A DNA stretch of 64,000 nt, taken from contig OZ223236.1 of the NCBI GenBank assembly GCA_965140445.1, forward strand, positions 3,904,001 to 3,968,000, given 5' to 3'. How positions within the stretch are numbered: position 1 is the first letter of the stretch; every line of letters begins with the position of its first letter. The DNA is from Candidatus Ozemobacteraceae bacterium. GTDB taxonomy: Bacteria; Muiribacteriota; Ozemobacteria; Ozemobacterales; Ozemobacteraceae. The notes below the pieces were generated by a model. The model ran no database searches and was not told the origin of the DNA. It saw nothing but the letters and a program-made list of their open reading frames with translations. Below are positions 37,960 to 47,858 of this stretch, in pieces. A program made the position numbers and the translations under genes.

Positions 37960-38631
37960 TTAAAAATCTGTTTCCAATCTTTTCTTGAGGAGTGCGAAAG
38001 GTATTGGTTTACCGTGCCCCGGATAAAAAACAGTTGCGCCTGAGTTTAACAATAGTTTCCAGCTCATCTTTAACTCATTTAAATCCGCTGCAAATGGTGG
38101 GAAAATTTGATTCGGCCAAAGGTGAAAAAGTGTATCTCCGACAAAAGCCTGCTTATCAAGCACTACACTTATTGATCCATCGGTGTGACCGGGGGTATGT
38201 AAAAGCCTTAAAACCCTATCTTCAATGGGAATTTCCATTTCATTTTCGAAAGTAAAATCTACTTCCACCCCAGGAAATCTAATACAACTTTTAAAAATAG
38301 CACATCCAAGCCATGAAATTGGTCTGGAAAAAAGCATTGTCCCTTTGGGAACCGGACTTTTGCCTTGTTCAATTTTTAATGCTTCCAGGGTATGGGCAAT
38401 TATCTGTGCCCCCGTAAGTTTTTTTAATTCTTTCAGGCCACCAACATGATCATAGTGTGCATGAGTAACCACTATGAGTTGGATTGCTTCAAGGCAGAGA
38501 TTTTCTTCAGCTAGTGCTTTTTTAATCTGCTTAACCCGACAACCTAAACCAGTGTCAATTAGAACAGCGTTTTCATTGAAAACTAGCAAATATGCCAATG
38601 AATTTCCCAGAAAAAGACGCTTAACTTTCAA
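37960..38631 (-). CDS. MBL-fold metallo-hydrolase
   Basis: LIDTG, THAHYDHVG, HTPGHT, VGD, PGHG; TTG 38631 follows GAAGGG (38652 would lie against the terminator). Confidence 0.9.
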   Translation of the reverse strand: MKVKRLFLGNSLAYLLVFNENAVLIDTGLGCRVKQIKKALAEENLCLEAIQLIVVTHAHYDHVGGLKELKKLTGAQIIAHTLEALKIEQGKSPVPKGTMLFSRPISWLGCAIFKSCIRFPGVEVDFTFENEMEIPIEDRVLRLLHTPGHTDGSISVVLDKQAFVGDTLFHLWPNQIFPPFAADLNELKMSWKLLLNSGATVFYPGHGKPIPFALLKKRLETDF

Positions 38632-38652
38632 AATTAGCCCTTCAATATACAA

Positions 38653-38694
38653 AAAGGCTGTAGCAATGAAGAATTAAGCATTGCTACAGCCTTT
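38653..38694 (-). terminator. Intrinsic terminator of glgM-glgE
   Basis: AAAGGCTGTAGCAATG-N10-CATTGCTACAGCCTTT. Confidence 0.85.
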
Positions 38695-38697
38695 AGC

Positions 38698-40647
38698 CTA
38701 TCTGATTTTTCTTATCACAAATAAATGTGCTGGCTCTTTGTGCGGATCCAAAACAACATAATTTGTTTCACCAGTCCATACATAGGTTTTATCAGCTATC
38801 AAATCGTGGACCTGATAGCTTTCGTTTTCTCCTATTCCGAACTTGTTAATTGGAACATAAACCATAGAAGCCTGAGTATTAAAAGGGTCCAGGTTCACTG
38901 TCGCCATCAAATGTTCATCGCCAAGGGATTTGCCATAGAACAAAATCTGATCATTGTCAGACTTATAAAACTCCAGGTTGTCATACTCCTGTAGTGCTTT
39001 ATAATCTTTTCTTGCCTGATTCAACCTTTTGATAAGGTATTTAATGTTTCCAGGTGCATCCCAATCTCTAGTTCTAATTTCGTATTTGTCGCTATTCAAA
39101 TACTCTTCTTTTCCTTCAACTGGAATTCCATCACAAAGTTCAAATCCTTGAAAAATTCCATAAACTGAAGACAGAGTTGCCGCAAGAACAGCTCTGACCT
39201 TGTGAGCAGGCACACCACCTGTTTGCAGATAAACCGGGAAAATATCTGGAGTGTTTACAAAAAGATTTGCACGATAGAATTCTGATTCCGGAGGCGTGGT
39301 AAGCTCCTCAAAATACTCACGAATCTCAGACTTTTCATTTCTCCAGGTGAAATAGCTATAAGACTGCGTAAATCCAAGCTTTGCCAGAGATTTCATAACT
39401 TTTGGTCGTGTAAAAGCCTCTGAAAGGAAAATCACGTCTGGATATTTATTCTGAACCTCTTCAATTACCCATTTCCAAAAAGCGAATGGTTTAGTATGGG
39501 GATTATCAACTCTAAAGATTCTTACTCCCTTTTTCGCCCAAAACATAAAAATTCTGCGCATTTCTTTCCAGATACTTTTGTAATCAGCAGATTCAAAATT
39601 AACAGGATAAATATCTTCATACTTTTTGGGAGGGTTCTCTGCAAATTTTATAGTCCCATCTGGTCTTTTGCTGAACCAGTCTGGATGATCCTTAAGATAA
39701 GGATGATCTGGAGAACAATTTATGGCGAAATCCAAAGCGATTTCAATTCCATATTCTGCACATTTTTTTACTAGATTCTCAAAATCCTGCATTGTACCAA
39801 GTGAAGGTTCAACTGCATCATGTCCGCCATGCTTGTTGCCTATTGAATACGGGCACCCTGGATCTCCCTTTGAACAAACAAGGCTGTTATTGGGTCCTTT
39901 ACGTTTTGAAAAGCCTACCGGGTGAATTGGAGGAAAATACAAAACATCAAAACCCATGTCAGCTATAGAAGGAAGCCTTTTAACTACATCTTTAAAAGTT
40001 CCAGATTTTCCTGCTTCATACCCGCAAGATCTTGGAAAACACTCATACCAAGAAGCAAAACGAGCTTGAACACGATCAACCCGGACAAAGTAGGTTTCAC
40101 CCTCAACTTTAGAGGCTGGATCTGGATTTTCAGCAAGAATTTTTACAAGGTGCTCGTTAGAAAGTAAATTCCACTTATCAAGGTCAGTTTTTGCCTTTTC
40201 AAGCTTTTTGAAGAGACTTTTTACATAGTCTCTTTCGCTTTTGGGGAGCCAAAGAAGATAACTTTTTACCAGTTCAATTCCCTCAAGAATATCGCTGTCA
40301 AATTCAGTATTTGCATCAACCTTTTTCCCGGTATCAAGAACCCATGTGCCGAAATCTTCACAATAGGCTTCTATCTGATATTCATAAAATCCAATCTTAT
40401 CAACCGAAAATTCAGATTCCCACACATCTAATCCTGGATTAGTGCAAATCATAGGCATGAAAGCCCAATCCTTTTTCCCTTGATGGCGATAAGCGACCCA
40501 TGCTGTAATTTTTTGATGGCCATCCCTGAAAATGTCGGCGATTACTTTTACAGAATCTCCTGCTTCTCTTTTTAAAGGACAACGTCCGCTATCTACAAGC
40601 GGTTTTACATTTTCAATAATAATTCTTTTCTTATTTTTGCTTCCCAT
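38698..40647 (-). CDS. glgE: Alpha-1,4-glucan:maltose-1-phosphate maltosyltransferase (GH13_3)
   Basis: ADIFRDGH, WYECFPRS, PPIHPVG..RKGPNN, AENPPKKYEDIY, FRVDNPHTKP, SEAFTRP, NTPDI. Confidence 0.95.
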   Translation of the reverse strand: MGSKNKKRIIIENVKPLVDSGRCPLKREAGDSVKVIADIFRDGHQKITAWVAYRHQGKKDWAFMPMICTNPGLDVWESEFSVDKIGFYEYQIEAYCEDFGTWVLDTGKKVDANTEFDSDILEGIELVKSYLLWLPKSERDYVKSLFKKLEKAKTDLDKWNLLSNEHLVKILAENPDPASKVEGETYFVRVDRVQARFASWYECFPRSCGYEAGKSGTFKDVVKRLPSIADMGFDVLYFPPIHPVGFSKRKGPNNSLVCSKGDPGCPYSIGNKHGGHDAVEPSLGTMQDFENLVKKCAEYGIEIALDFAINCSPDHPYLKDHPDWFSKRPDGTIKFAENPPKKYEDIYPVNFESADYKSIWKEMRRIFMFWAKKGVRIFRVDNPHTKPFAFWKWVIEEVQNKYPDVIFLSEAFTRPKVMKSLAKLGFTQSYSYFTWRNEKSEIREYFEELTTPPESEFYRANLFVNTPDIFPVYLQTGGVPAHKVRAVLAATLSSVYGIFQGFELCDGIPVEGKEEYLNSDKYEIRTRDWDAPGNIKYLIKRLNQARKDYKALQEYDNLEFYKSDNDQILFYGKSLGDEHLMATVNLDPFNTQASMVYVPINKFGIGENESYQVHDLIADKTYVWTGETNYVVLDPHKEPAHLFVIRKIR

Positions 40648-40649
40648 GT

Positions 40650-41861
40650 TTACTTACCCTTGATTAGTGATTCATATAGTTCTACGGTTTGCTTTGCTAT
40701 AGATTTCCAGCTAAACACGTCTTCAACTCTTTTTCTACCTGCGGCTGCCATTTCCATTCTGAGCGACTCGTTTGCCATCAGATCATTTACACCTTTGGCT
40801 AAATCACGGGAGAATTTGTCTGGATCAACTGCTTCAAATGGAGTTTCATCCATCTGATCAAGTGGAACAAGAACTCCAGTTTTACCATCTACTACAACCT
40901 CTGGAATTCCACCAACTGCGCTTGCAACCACAGGAGTTTCACAAGCCATAGCTTCAAGGTTTATAATTCCAAATGGTTCATAAATTGAAGGGCAACAAAA
41001 AACGCCGGCATGGGAATAAAGTTCAATTAGAGTTTTTCGATCGACCATTTCCCCAATCCAGTGAACATTGTTTCTATCTTTTGACACATTTTCAAATCCA
41101 GCCTTCATTTCCTGTTCAATTTCAGGAGTATCAGGTGCCCCAGCACAAAGAACTACAGGGATATCTTTGTTAATATATTTTATGGCATTAACCAGATGAA
41201 TAATTCCCTTTTGCCTTGTTATTCGGCCAACAAAGAGAACATATGGTTTAGTTGGATCAATTCCAAATCTCTCAAAACAATCTGTAGTTTTTACTCTTTG
41301 AAACTCTTCAGTATCAATGCCATTGTAGATTACCTTCATTCTGCCTTCTGCAACATTGAAATGCTTTTCTACATCGGCTTTGGTTCCGTGACTAACAGCA
41401 ATAACAGCATCAGCCATTTCAATTGCCATTTTCTCAACCCATAAAGAAAAGTCATATCCTCCGCCCAACTGTTCGCGCTTCCAGGGTCGAAGAGGCTCTA
41501 GCGAATGAGTAGTTACAACAAGAGGTACACCAAAGTTCAGTTTGGCAAAAATTCCTGCCATATGTGTATACCAGGTGTGGCAATGGACTACATCTGCATC
41601 CAGGCCGTCTCCAATTGCCTGCAAATCACGATCCAAGGTTTTAAAAATCGACTGCAACCCAGTGGGAAGGTTCTCGTAGGATTTTATTGGATTGTAACCT
41701 TTGACAGTAACTTTCTCTGTCTTCTGGTTTTGATCGCCATAGCATCTAACGTCTACGTCCGCTAATCTCGATACTTCGCGCGATAAATACTCAATATGAA
41801 CCCCAGCTCCACCATAAACATTGGGTGGATACTCATTTGTTAAATATAAAACCTTCATCAT
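40650..41861 (-). CDS. glgM: Actinobacterial-type GlgA, i.e. alpha-maltose-1-phosphate synthase GlgM (GT4)
   Basis: TNEYPPNVYGGAGVH, HCHTWY, HSLEPLRPWKREQLGGGY, GRITRQKG, CPSIYEPFGIINLEAMAC; 2 bp upstream of glgE. Confidence 0.88.
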   Translation of the reverse strand: MMKVLYLTNEYPPNVYGGAGVHIEYLSREVSRLADVDVRCYGDQNQKTEKVTVKGYNPIKSYENLPTGLQSIFKTLDRDLQAIGDGLDADVVHCHTWYTHMAGIFAKLNFGVPLVVTTHSLEPLRPWKREQLGGGYDFSLWVEKMAIEMADAVIAVSHGTKADVEKHFNVAEGRMKVIYNGIDTEEFQRVKTTDCFERFGIDPTKPYVLFVGRITRQKGIIHLVNAIKYINKDIPVVLCAGAPDTPEIEQEMKAGFENVSKDRNNVHWIGEMVDRKTLIELYSHAGVFCCPSIYEPFGIINLEAMACETPVVASAVGGIPEVVVDGKTGVLVPLDQMDETPFEAVDPDKFSRDLAKGVNDLMANESLRMEMAAAGRKRVEDVFSWKSIAKQTVELYESLIKGK

Positions 41862-41942
41862 TTCTCTCCTTGCATTTCTTTTGCTTGATTATATCACTAA
41901 AACAGCTCTAGCCCCACCAAATTAACCCCAATTTTTGTTTTC

Positions 41943-43457
41943 CTATTCAGGTGGGAGAAGTGAATCTGGAATTAACTGCTGTTTTATATGCTTCGAACAT
42001 CTGACATCCAGATCCCCACGATTATTTCTAAAAACCGTCAATTCACCATCTTCCGTGCATTTCGGAATCTCATCAAAAATTTGGTTTTGTACAAGAACTT
42101 CAAAGCCCGAAGATTCGCCGTTTCGCAAAGAATCAAAATATCCTTCCTTCTCAAGCTTTGTCAGCAAAGAAGTCTGTTTCTCATAACACTTAGAAGCTTT
42201 ATACTCCCGAATATAATTGATTCTACGGTAATAAGCGTTTTTAACCCAATAAGAAACGTAACTTGAGCAACATAGCTTCAAGAAAGATTCATCTATATCA
42301 TCCAGCCATATTTCAAGAGCTCCTGAAGCTGGTTTACAATCAATTCTGGAAAAAAAGCTGGATACCTTTTCGAACTCGCTCTTTGAAAGCCCCCTAACCC
42401 GATTCTCAAATGATGTTTTTTTGGCAAGGATCTGGTGCTTGAAAATTGCCGCCCATTGGTTAACCAGATTTTGATCAGATATATCCATCTTAACTAACAG
42501 CTTTCCCTCTCTAAACTTAATATAGAGCTTTTTAAAAGGCTTGGTATCGAAAGGCAGATCTTCATAAGTTTGAACAGAAAATCTGGGCTTATTAATTGAA
42601 CCATGCACTGAACAATATGATGAAACATTTAGTCCTTTATTTATCAGGTATTTTCCGCCATTAGGACAATTTAATTCTTTCTGTAAAATCCCCAGGTTTA
42701 TTAGCTGTTTTTGATTCAATTCCTTTTGTGAAAAATCCACCGATGCTTCCGCTTGCTTTATTGAAGCATCAAGAAGATTTTGATTGCTAATACATTCTGG
42801 AAAACGGTCTTCTACTGTCCTGAAGATCCCCATAAACACTTCAGGTAGATTGGCTTCAAAATAGAAAAAGTCTTTACTCATACTCTTTTTTTCCAGAGTT
42901 TTTAAAGCTTCAATGTATTTAAGTTCTTGTCCCGCTTCATTTACCTCATTGAAAAAAATAGCGGAATTAGAAACATCAATTTGGAAATTCTTTGCCCCAA
43001 TATGAAATTTAAAACTACTAACATGTTGGTTTGTCGAAAGCTGGTAGGAATCTGAGCTAAGAGACAACTCGCCGGCAAGTTTCACCAGACCTTGTGCAGA
43101 TTTATTATTTGCTTTAAGAAAACCATTCAATCGGCCATTTTGATCAAAAGCCACGATAATTTTTTCAGGATTTTCACCAATCGCTCTTTTCACAAGAGCT
43201 GAAAAAAACTTAATATCGCTGTATGGCCTAAAATCTTTGCCAGGAAATAAAAGTCTGGCAATTTTTTCCAGAAATAGTAAATCAGCTTCCAATTTTTCTA
43301 ACTTCTCTGTTTGAAAGACAAGCATTTCGCCAAAATTTCTAACTTCAAGATATATTGGAAATGGGACCACGCCGCTTTGAGCCAAAGCCTTGTCAGCAGT
43401 TCCTGACAAAGTTACCGAACAAAGCAGCAGGACTATAATTAGTACCATTTTCCGCAT
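41943..43457 (-). CDS. Hypothetical exported protein with two C..C..CxxH modules
   Basis: Signal peptide; CISNQ..CPNGGKY..CSVHG and CYEKQ..CTEDGEL..CSKH. Confidence 0.7.
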   Translation of the reverse strand: MRKMVLIIVLLLCSVTLSGTADKALAQSGVVPFPIYLEVRNFGEMLVFQTEKLEKLEADLLFLEKIARLLFPGKDFRPYSDIKFFSALVKRAIGENPEKIIVAFDQNGRLNGFLKANNKSAQGLVKLAGELSLSSDSYQLSTNQHVSSFKFHIGAKNFQIDVSNSAIFFNEVNEAGQELKYIEALKTLEKKSMSKDFFYFEANLPEVFMGIFRTVEDRFPECISNQNLLDASIKQAEASVDFSQKELNQKQLINLGILQKELNCPNGGKYLINKGLNVSSYCSVHGSINKPRFSVQTYEDLPFDTKPFKKLYIKFREGKLLVKMDISDQNLVNQWAAIFKHQILAKKTSFENRVRGLSKSEFEKVSSFFSRIDCKPASGALEIWLDDIDESFLKLCCSSYVSYWVKNAYYRRINYIREYKASKCYEKQTSLLTKLEKEGYFDSLRNGESSGFEVLVQNQIFDEIPKCTEDGELTVFRNNRGDLDVRCSKHIKQQLIPDSLLPPE

Positions 43458-43501
43458 AATTTTCTCCTAAGAATTAAATCAAGCTCAATGATTCTAAAAT
43501 A

Positions 43502-43537
43502 AAAACAGCCTCAAGGATAGTACCTTGAGGCTGTTTT
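43502..43537 (-). terminator. Intrinsic terminator of the M48 peptidase gene
   Basis: AAAACAGCCTCAAGG-atagta-CCTTGAGGCTGTTTT. Confidence 0.85.
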
Positions 43538-43544
43538 AGTTTGT

Positions 43545-44711
43545 TTAGTAGCCAGCAGCTTTTCGAAGTTCCATATAATTTTTCTTTGCGGCCTGATATT
43601 TATTAAATGTGTCTAAGATTTCTGCCGTAGGAGCCTGTTGTGAAATCTTAAACTGATAGAGCTGCTTGTAATAAAGATAAGTTTCATATGCAGTCCTAAG
43701 ATCTGCATTGGTCGGCTTTGTTGAGCTTGAAGTATTAGTTGTCTGTGCTGAAGTCTGATTATTAGTAGAGCTTGAAGAAGTTGTTGATACTGCAGCTTGA
43801 TCTGAAGAAGTAGTCGAACTTGCAGAGTTCTGACTGGAATTACGACCTGGTAAAGCTGCAATTTGTTTATTAACAGCCTTTATACGGTCTGAAGTTGGGG
43901 GATGGGTTGAGAAATACTTAGTGACCTTACTCAACTTATCATCATTATTAATTTTATCAAAAAACTTAACAATGCCAGCTGGATCATAGCCAGCAGCATA
44001 ACTATATTTTACGGCACAGCTATCAGCTTGATACTCATCTTTTCTTGAGAATTTCATGTTGGCAAAATATGCAGCTACGGCTGCATAAGGAGCATATTTT
44101 TGTGTCTTCTTTGACAAACCCATACCAGCAACAATTAAAGTCATTATTCCTGCTTTTTCAGCTTGTTTCACACTATGTTTTTTATCAATATGGCCCATTT
44201 CATGCGCTACAACGCCAGCCAGTTCATCGTCTGTTTCAATTAAATTTAAGAGCCCCCTGGTTACGTAAATAAAACCGCCGGGTGCAGCAAATGCATTAAC
44301 CTCGTCTGTATCCAATACAGCAAAATGCCAGGTTAGATCCTTTCGCTCAACATGCTTAATTAATCTTTTTGCAACATTTCCTAATCTGGAAAGATATTTG
44401 GTTTCTCGACTGAACCCAGGATCTTTTTTTAGGGATTCATGAGTTTTTTCGCCCATGGAAATTTCCCATTTGTTTTCTAATCCACCAAATAAAGCCGTGG
44501 TTTGAGGAGATCTTTCTTTAGCATCATCTACTGCGGCCTGATTTTCGTCATTAACCCCACCAAATGTCTTGTCAAGGGTGGCCGAAACTCGATCCAGGGT
44601 ACCATTTATTTCGCCTAGAACCTTACCCAAGTCGAATGCCGATGCTTCAAAAGCAAATGTCAGCTGGAAAAAAACAACAAGAACCAGCAAAGACCAATAT
44701 TTTCTTCTCAC
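43545..44711 (-). CDS. M48 family zinc metalloprotease (BepA/LoiP-like), exported
   Basis: NAFAAPGG, ELAGVVAHEMGH, FSRKDEYQAD, STHP...RI; S/T/Q linker and helical tail. Confidence 0.9.
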   Translation of the reverse strand: MRRKYWSLLVLVVFFQLTFAFEASAFDLGKVLGEINGTLDRVSATLDKTFGGVNDENQAAVDDAKERSPQTTALFGGLENKWEISMGEKTHESLKKDPGFSRETKYLSRLGNVAKRLIKHVERKDLTWHFAVLDTDEVNAFAAPGGFIYVTRGLLNLIETDDELAGVVAHEMGHIDKKHSVKQAEKAGIMTLIVAGMGLSKKTQKYAPYAAVAAYFANMKFSRKDEYQADSCAVKYSYAAGYDPAGIVKFFDKINNDDKLSKVTKYFSTHPPTSDRIKAVNKQIAALPGRNSSQNSASSTTSSDQAAVSTTSSSSTNNQTSAQTTNTSSSTKPTNADLRTAYETYLYYKQLYQFKISQQAPTAEILDTFNKYQAAKKNYMELRKAAGY

Positions 44712-44884
44712 CCGATTACCTCAGTTTTAATTATTTTTTTAATTGTATTTTTAGAAGGCCGTACCGTCAAGATGGCAATTCACTTTAGTAATTCCTCTGC
44801 TGTTTTGAGAACCATCCTTGGAAGTTGACTAATTCTGGACTATTAACTATCTTAAAGATAGATATTGAGATGGATTTTAATTGA

Positions 44885-47737
44885 ATGAATGAAAATTACA
44901 AAAAGTTCAATCTGAGAGAGATTTTTCAGATTAGTGGCCTATATAGGCTTCTAATTAGCTTTAACGATTTTACCAATATTCCATTCGAAATAATGAACCC
45001 TGATGATCGGGTAATTTTTAGTGTTGGGCGGCAGGAGATTTGCAAAAAATTTCATAGAATCTGTGACGGAACTTTGGGAATTTGTAAATCTAAAGCCCTT
45101 AAAATAGCTCAAACGATAAACGAAAAAAAAGACTACTTAATTTTCGATTGCCCAAATGGTCTTAAGGAAGCTGTTTGTCCTATAATAGTTGATGAAATTC
45201 ACATTGGTAACGTTTTTTTTGGACAATTTCTTTTTGAATCCCCAGACAAATCTTTTTTTAAAAAACACGCTGAAAAATACGGGTTTAATAGTGAAAAGTA
45301 TTTTGCAGCTGTTTCCGAAATCCCAATCAGAGAAAAATCAGAAATCGAAAATGCTATAAACTTTTTTTCCGGGGTTGTTAATTCCTTTGTGTCTTTTGCC
45401 AATCAAAAATTAGCAGCAGAAAATGAATTTCTGAAATACCAAACTCTTTTTAACAATTCAACTTCAATATTAATTAGAATCACAAAAGATTTTAATATTT
45501 TGCAAATCAACAAATCTGGGTTGACTTTTTTTGATATGCAAGAAGACGAACTAATTGGGCAAAATCTTTTAAGTAGATTCATTTCAAATGAACAAGAAAA
45601 AAAGCGCATAGCTACAGAGTTAGACAAAATATATTCCTCTCTCAACCAAGTTGTCAGTGAAAAAATTTCCTTTGAAATAACTACTCTTAATGGCGAATCA
45701 AAGGTTCTGGAGTTTGAATTTGTTATCAAGCGGGAAAAGAAAATATCTGAATCCATAATTCTAATTTCTGGCCAAGACATAACTACTATTCTTAGACAGA
45801 AACTGAATCTTAAAAAAAGTGAACAAAAGCTTAGACTGGCTCAAAAGATGGCCAAAATTGGAAATTGGGAACTTAATTTAGAAAATAACGAAATTATATT
45901 CTCGGAAGAAATCCTAAATATCTTTAAGTTGCCAGGTGATAATTTAAAACAATCTTTAGATTTTTTTCTTAGCAAGATAAATGAAAAAGAAGACTTTATA
46001 GATGATTTGCACAAACTTAAAAATCATGGAATTGACCTAAATAAAATCTACTCTCTAACGTCTGAGAGTCAAGCCGGGCAAATATTACAGGTAATAGGAA
46101 AAAGACTGTTTAATGAAAAAGGTAAGCTTGAAAATATTCAAGGAACGATTCAGGATATTTCCGAATTAAAAAAAGCCGAAAAAGAAGCTTCTGAGCGCGA
46201 AAAATTGTTTAAAAACCTGTTTTATAAAATTCCTTTAGCGGCCTTTTTACATGATTTACCTGTAAATGGAGAGAAAGCCAAATTTCATATGGTAAATGAA
46301 GCTGCATGTAAATTGCTTGGTTTTGAACCAGACGAATTAATTAAATTGTCTGCAAATGAGATTTCCGAGATTTGCACCGACCAAAATGTAAATACTTTTT
46401 CAAGAGAAGTTGTAAAAAATGGTCTTCTTGAAACAAACGATAATGTGATAGGGAAATCAGGAAATAAGATTCCGGTGAAATCCTTATCAAAACTGGTAGA
46501 TTTTGAAGGAAAACCTTCTTGCATAACGATCCTTACGGATCTTACACTTCAAAACAAGCTGGAAGAGCAAATGCGTCAAAATCAAAAAATGGAGGCAATT
46601 GGTCAGCTTGCTGCTGGTGTAGCCCATGACTTTAATAATTTGTTACAGATAATTCAGGGCTATTCTGAATTTCTTGAAGAATTTGTTTCCAAAGATAAAG
46701 ATGCGCTATTTTTTCTGACATCAATTCTTAACGCTGCAGACAGGGGAAGAAACCTTGTTGACCAATTAATGCTATTCAGCCGAAAAGAAGAACTGGATTC
46801 CTTCCCTCTAAATATAAAAAGCATTGTAAACAGTCTCTACAAAATGCTTAGCCGACTTATTGGAAACCATGTTAAATTGAGCATTGAAGTTTCTCCAGAA
46901 GATTTTTTTGTTTTTGGCGATCAGCGTCAAATTGAGCACGCACTTCTAAATCTATGTATTAATTCGAGAGACGCATTACCAAAAAGACACGGCTGGATTA
47001 AAATTTCTGTGAAATCAGCTTCCCCCGAAGAGATAAAGAAAAACCCGATTTCCAATAATTTTGTTTGCGTAGAGATATCTGATAACGGATCCGGTATTCC
47101 AAAGGAAGTACAGGATAGAATATTCGAGCCATTTTTCACAACGAAGGAAGTGGGAAAAGGGACAGGACTCGGTCTCTCCAGCGCTTTTGCGATAATAAAG
47201 AAACATCACGGGTATGTTGAGTTTGATTCAGAAGTCGGGCATGGGACAAGCTTCAGACTTTTCTTCCCGCTCATTGAGTTTGGGCCCGAAGTTATTGAAA
47301 AAACTAATAAAGAAAACACTTCAAATGGCGAAAATAAAATCTCAGGCAAAACGGAAGAAAAATTGACTATTCTTGTAGCGGAAGATGACCCTTTGGTTCG
47401 CGAACTAACCTGCAGTTACATCAGCAAATTTGGCTTCAGCTTAGTTGTCGCTCACGATGGTCAACAGGCAGTTGAGCTTTTTAATGACAACAAAGACGAA
47501 ATTTCAATGCTGGTTTTTGACGTCATGATGCCAAGATTGAACGGTAGAGAAGCTTATGATGTTATCTCAAAATTAAAGCCTGGTATCCCGGTAATTTTCA
47601 TTACAGGATATAGTGACGACCTGCTAGACACAAACTTTGTCAAAAATATGCCTGGAAAAATCATTAGAAAACCATATAAAGCAGCAGCTTTACATGAAGC
47701 GATAAGAGAGATTACAGAAAAATTTGAAATAAAGTGA
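44885..47737 (+). CDS. Cytoplasmic hybrid histidine kinase (PocR-PAS-HisKA-HATPase-REC)
   Basis: PocR-like ICKKFHR..C..CPNGL..GQF; GVAHDFNNLL; NLCINSRDA; DNGSG, FEPFFTTK, GTGLGL; REC AEDD..FDVMMP..KP. Confidence 0.9.
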   Translation: MNENYKKFNLREIFQISGLYRLLISFNDFTNIPFEIMNPDDRVIFSVGRQEICKKFHRICDGTLGICKSKALKIAQTINEKKDYLIFDCPNGLKEAVCPIIVDEIHIGNVFFGQFLFESPDKSFFKKHAEKYGFNSEKYFAAVSEIPIREKSEIENAINFFSGVVNSFVSFANQKLAAENEFLKYQTLFNNSTSILIRITKDFNILQINKSGLTFFDMQEDELIGQNLLSRFISNEQEKKRIATELDKIYSSLNQVVSEKISFEITTLNGESKVLEFEFVIKREKKISESIILISGQDITTILRQKLNLKKSEQKLRLAQKMAKIGNWELNLENNEIIFSEEILNIFKLPGDNLKQSLDFFLSKINEKEDFIDDLHKLKNHGIDLNKIYSLTSESQAGQILQVIGKRLFNEKGKLENIQGTIQDISELKKAEKEASEREKLFKNLFYKIPLAAFLHDLPVNGEKAKFHMVNEAACKLLGFEPDELIKLSANEISEICTDQNVNTFSREVVKNGLLETNDNVIGKSGNKIPVKSLSKLVDFEGKPSCITILTDLTLQNKLEEQMRQNQKMEAIGQLAAGVAHDFNNLLQIIQGYSEFLEEFVSKDKDALFFLTSILNAADRGRNLVDQLMLFSRKEELDSFPLNIKSIVNSLYKMLSRLIGNHVKLSIEVSPEDFFVFGDQRQIEHALLNLCINSRDALPKRHGWIKISVKSASPEEIKKNPISNNFVCVEISDNGSGIPKEVQDRIFEPFFTTKEVGKGTGLGLSSAFAIIKKHHGYVEFDSEVGHGTSFRLFFPLIEFGPEVIEKTNKENTSNGENKISGKTEEKLTILVAEDDPLVRELTCSYISKFGFSLVVAHDGQQAVELFNDNKDEISMLVFDVMMPRLNGREAYDVISKLKPGIPVIFITGYSDDLLDTNFVKNMPGKIIRKPYKAAALHEAIREITEKFEIK

Positions 47738-47858
47738 TGTACAATTCCCACAAGCCGACTCATATATATATTCTTACAAGCTTCTACAAATTACTTTAAA
47801 TAAAAATTTACCTTTCCTACTTACAGAAGAAGTAATAGAATGCCAAAAAAAGAGGAGC

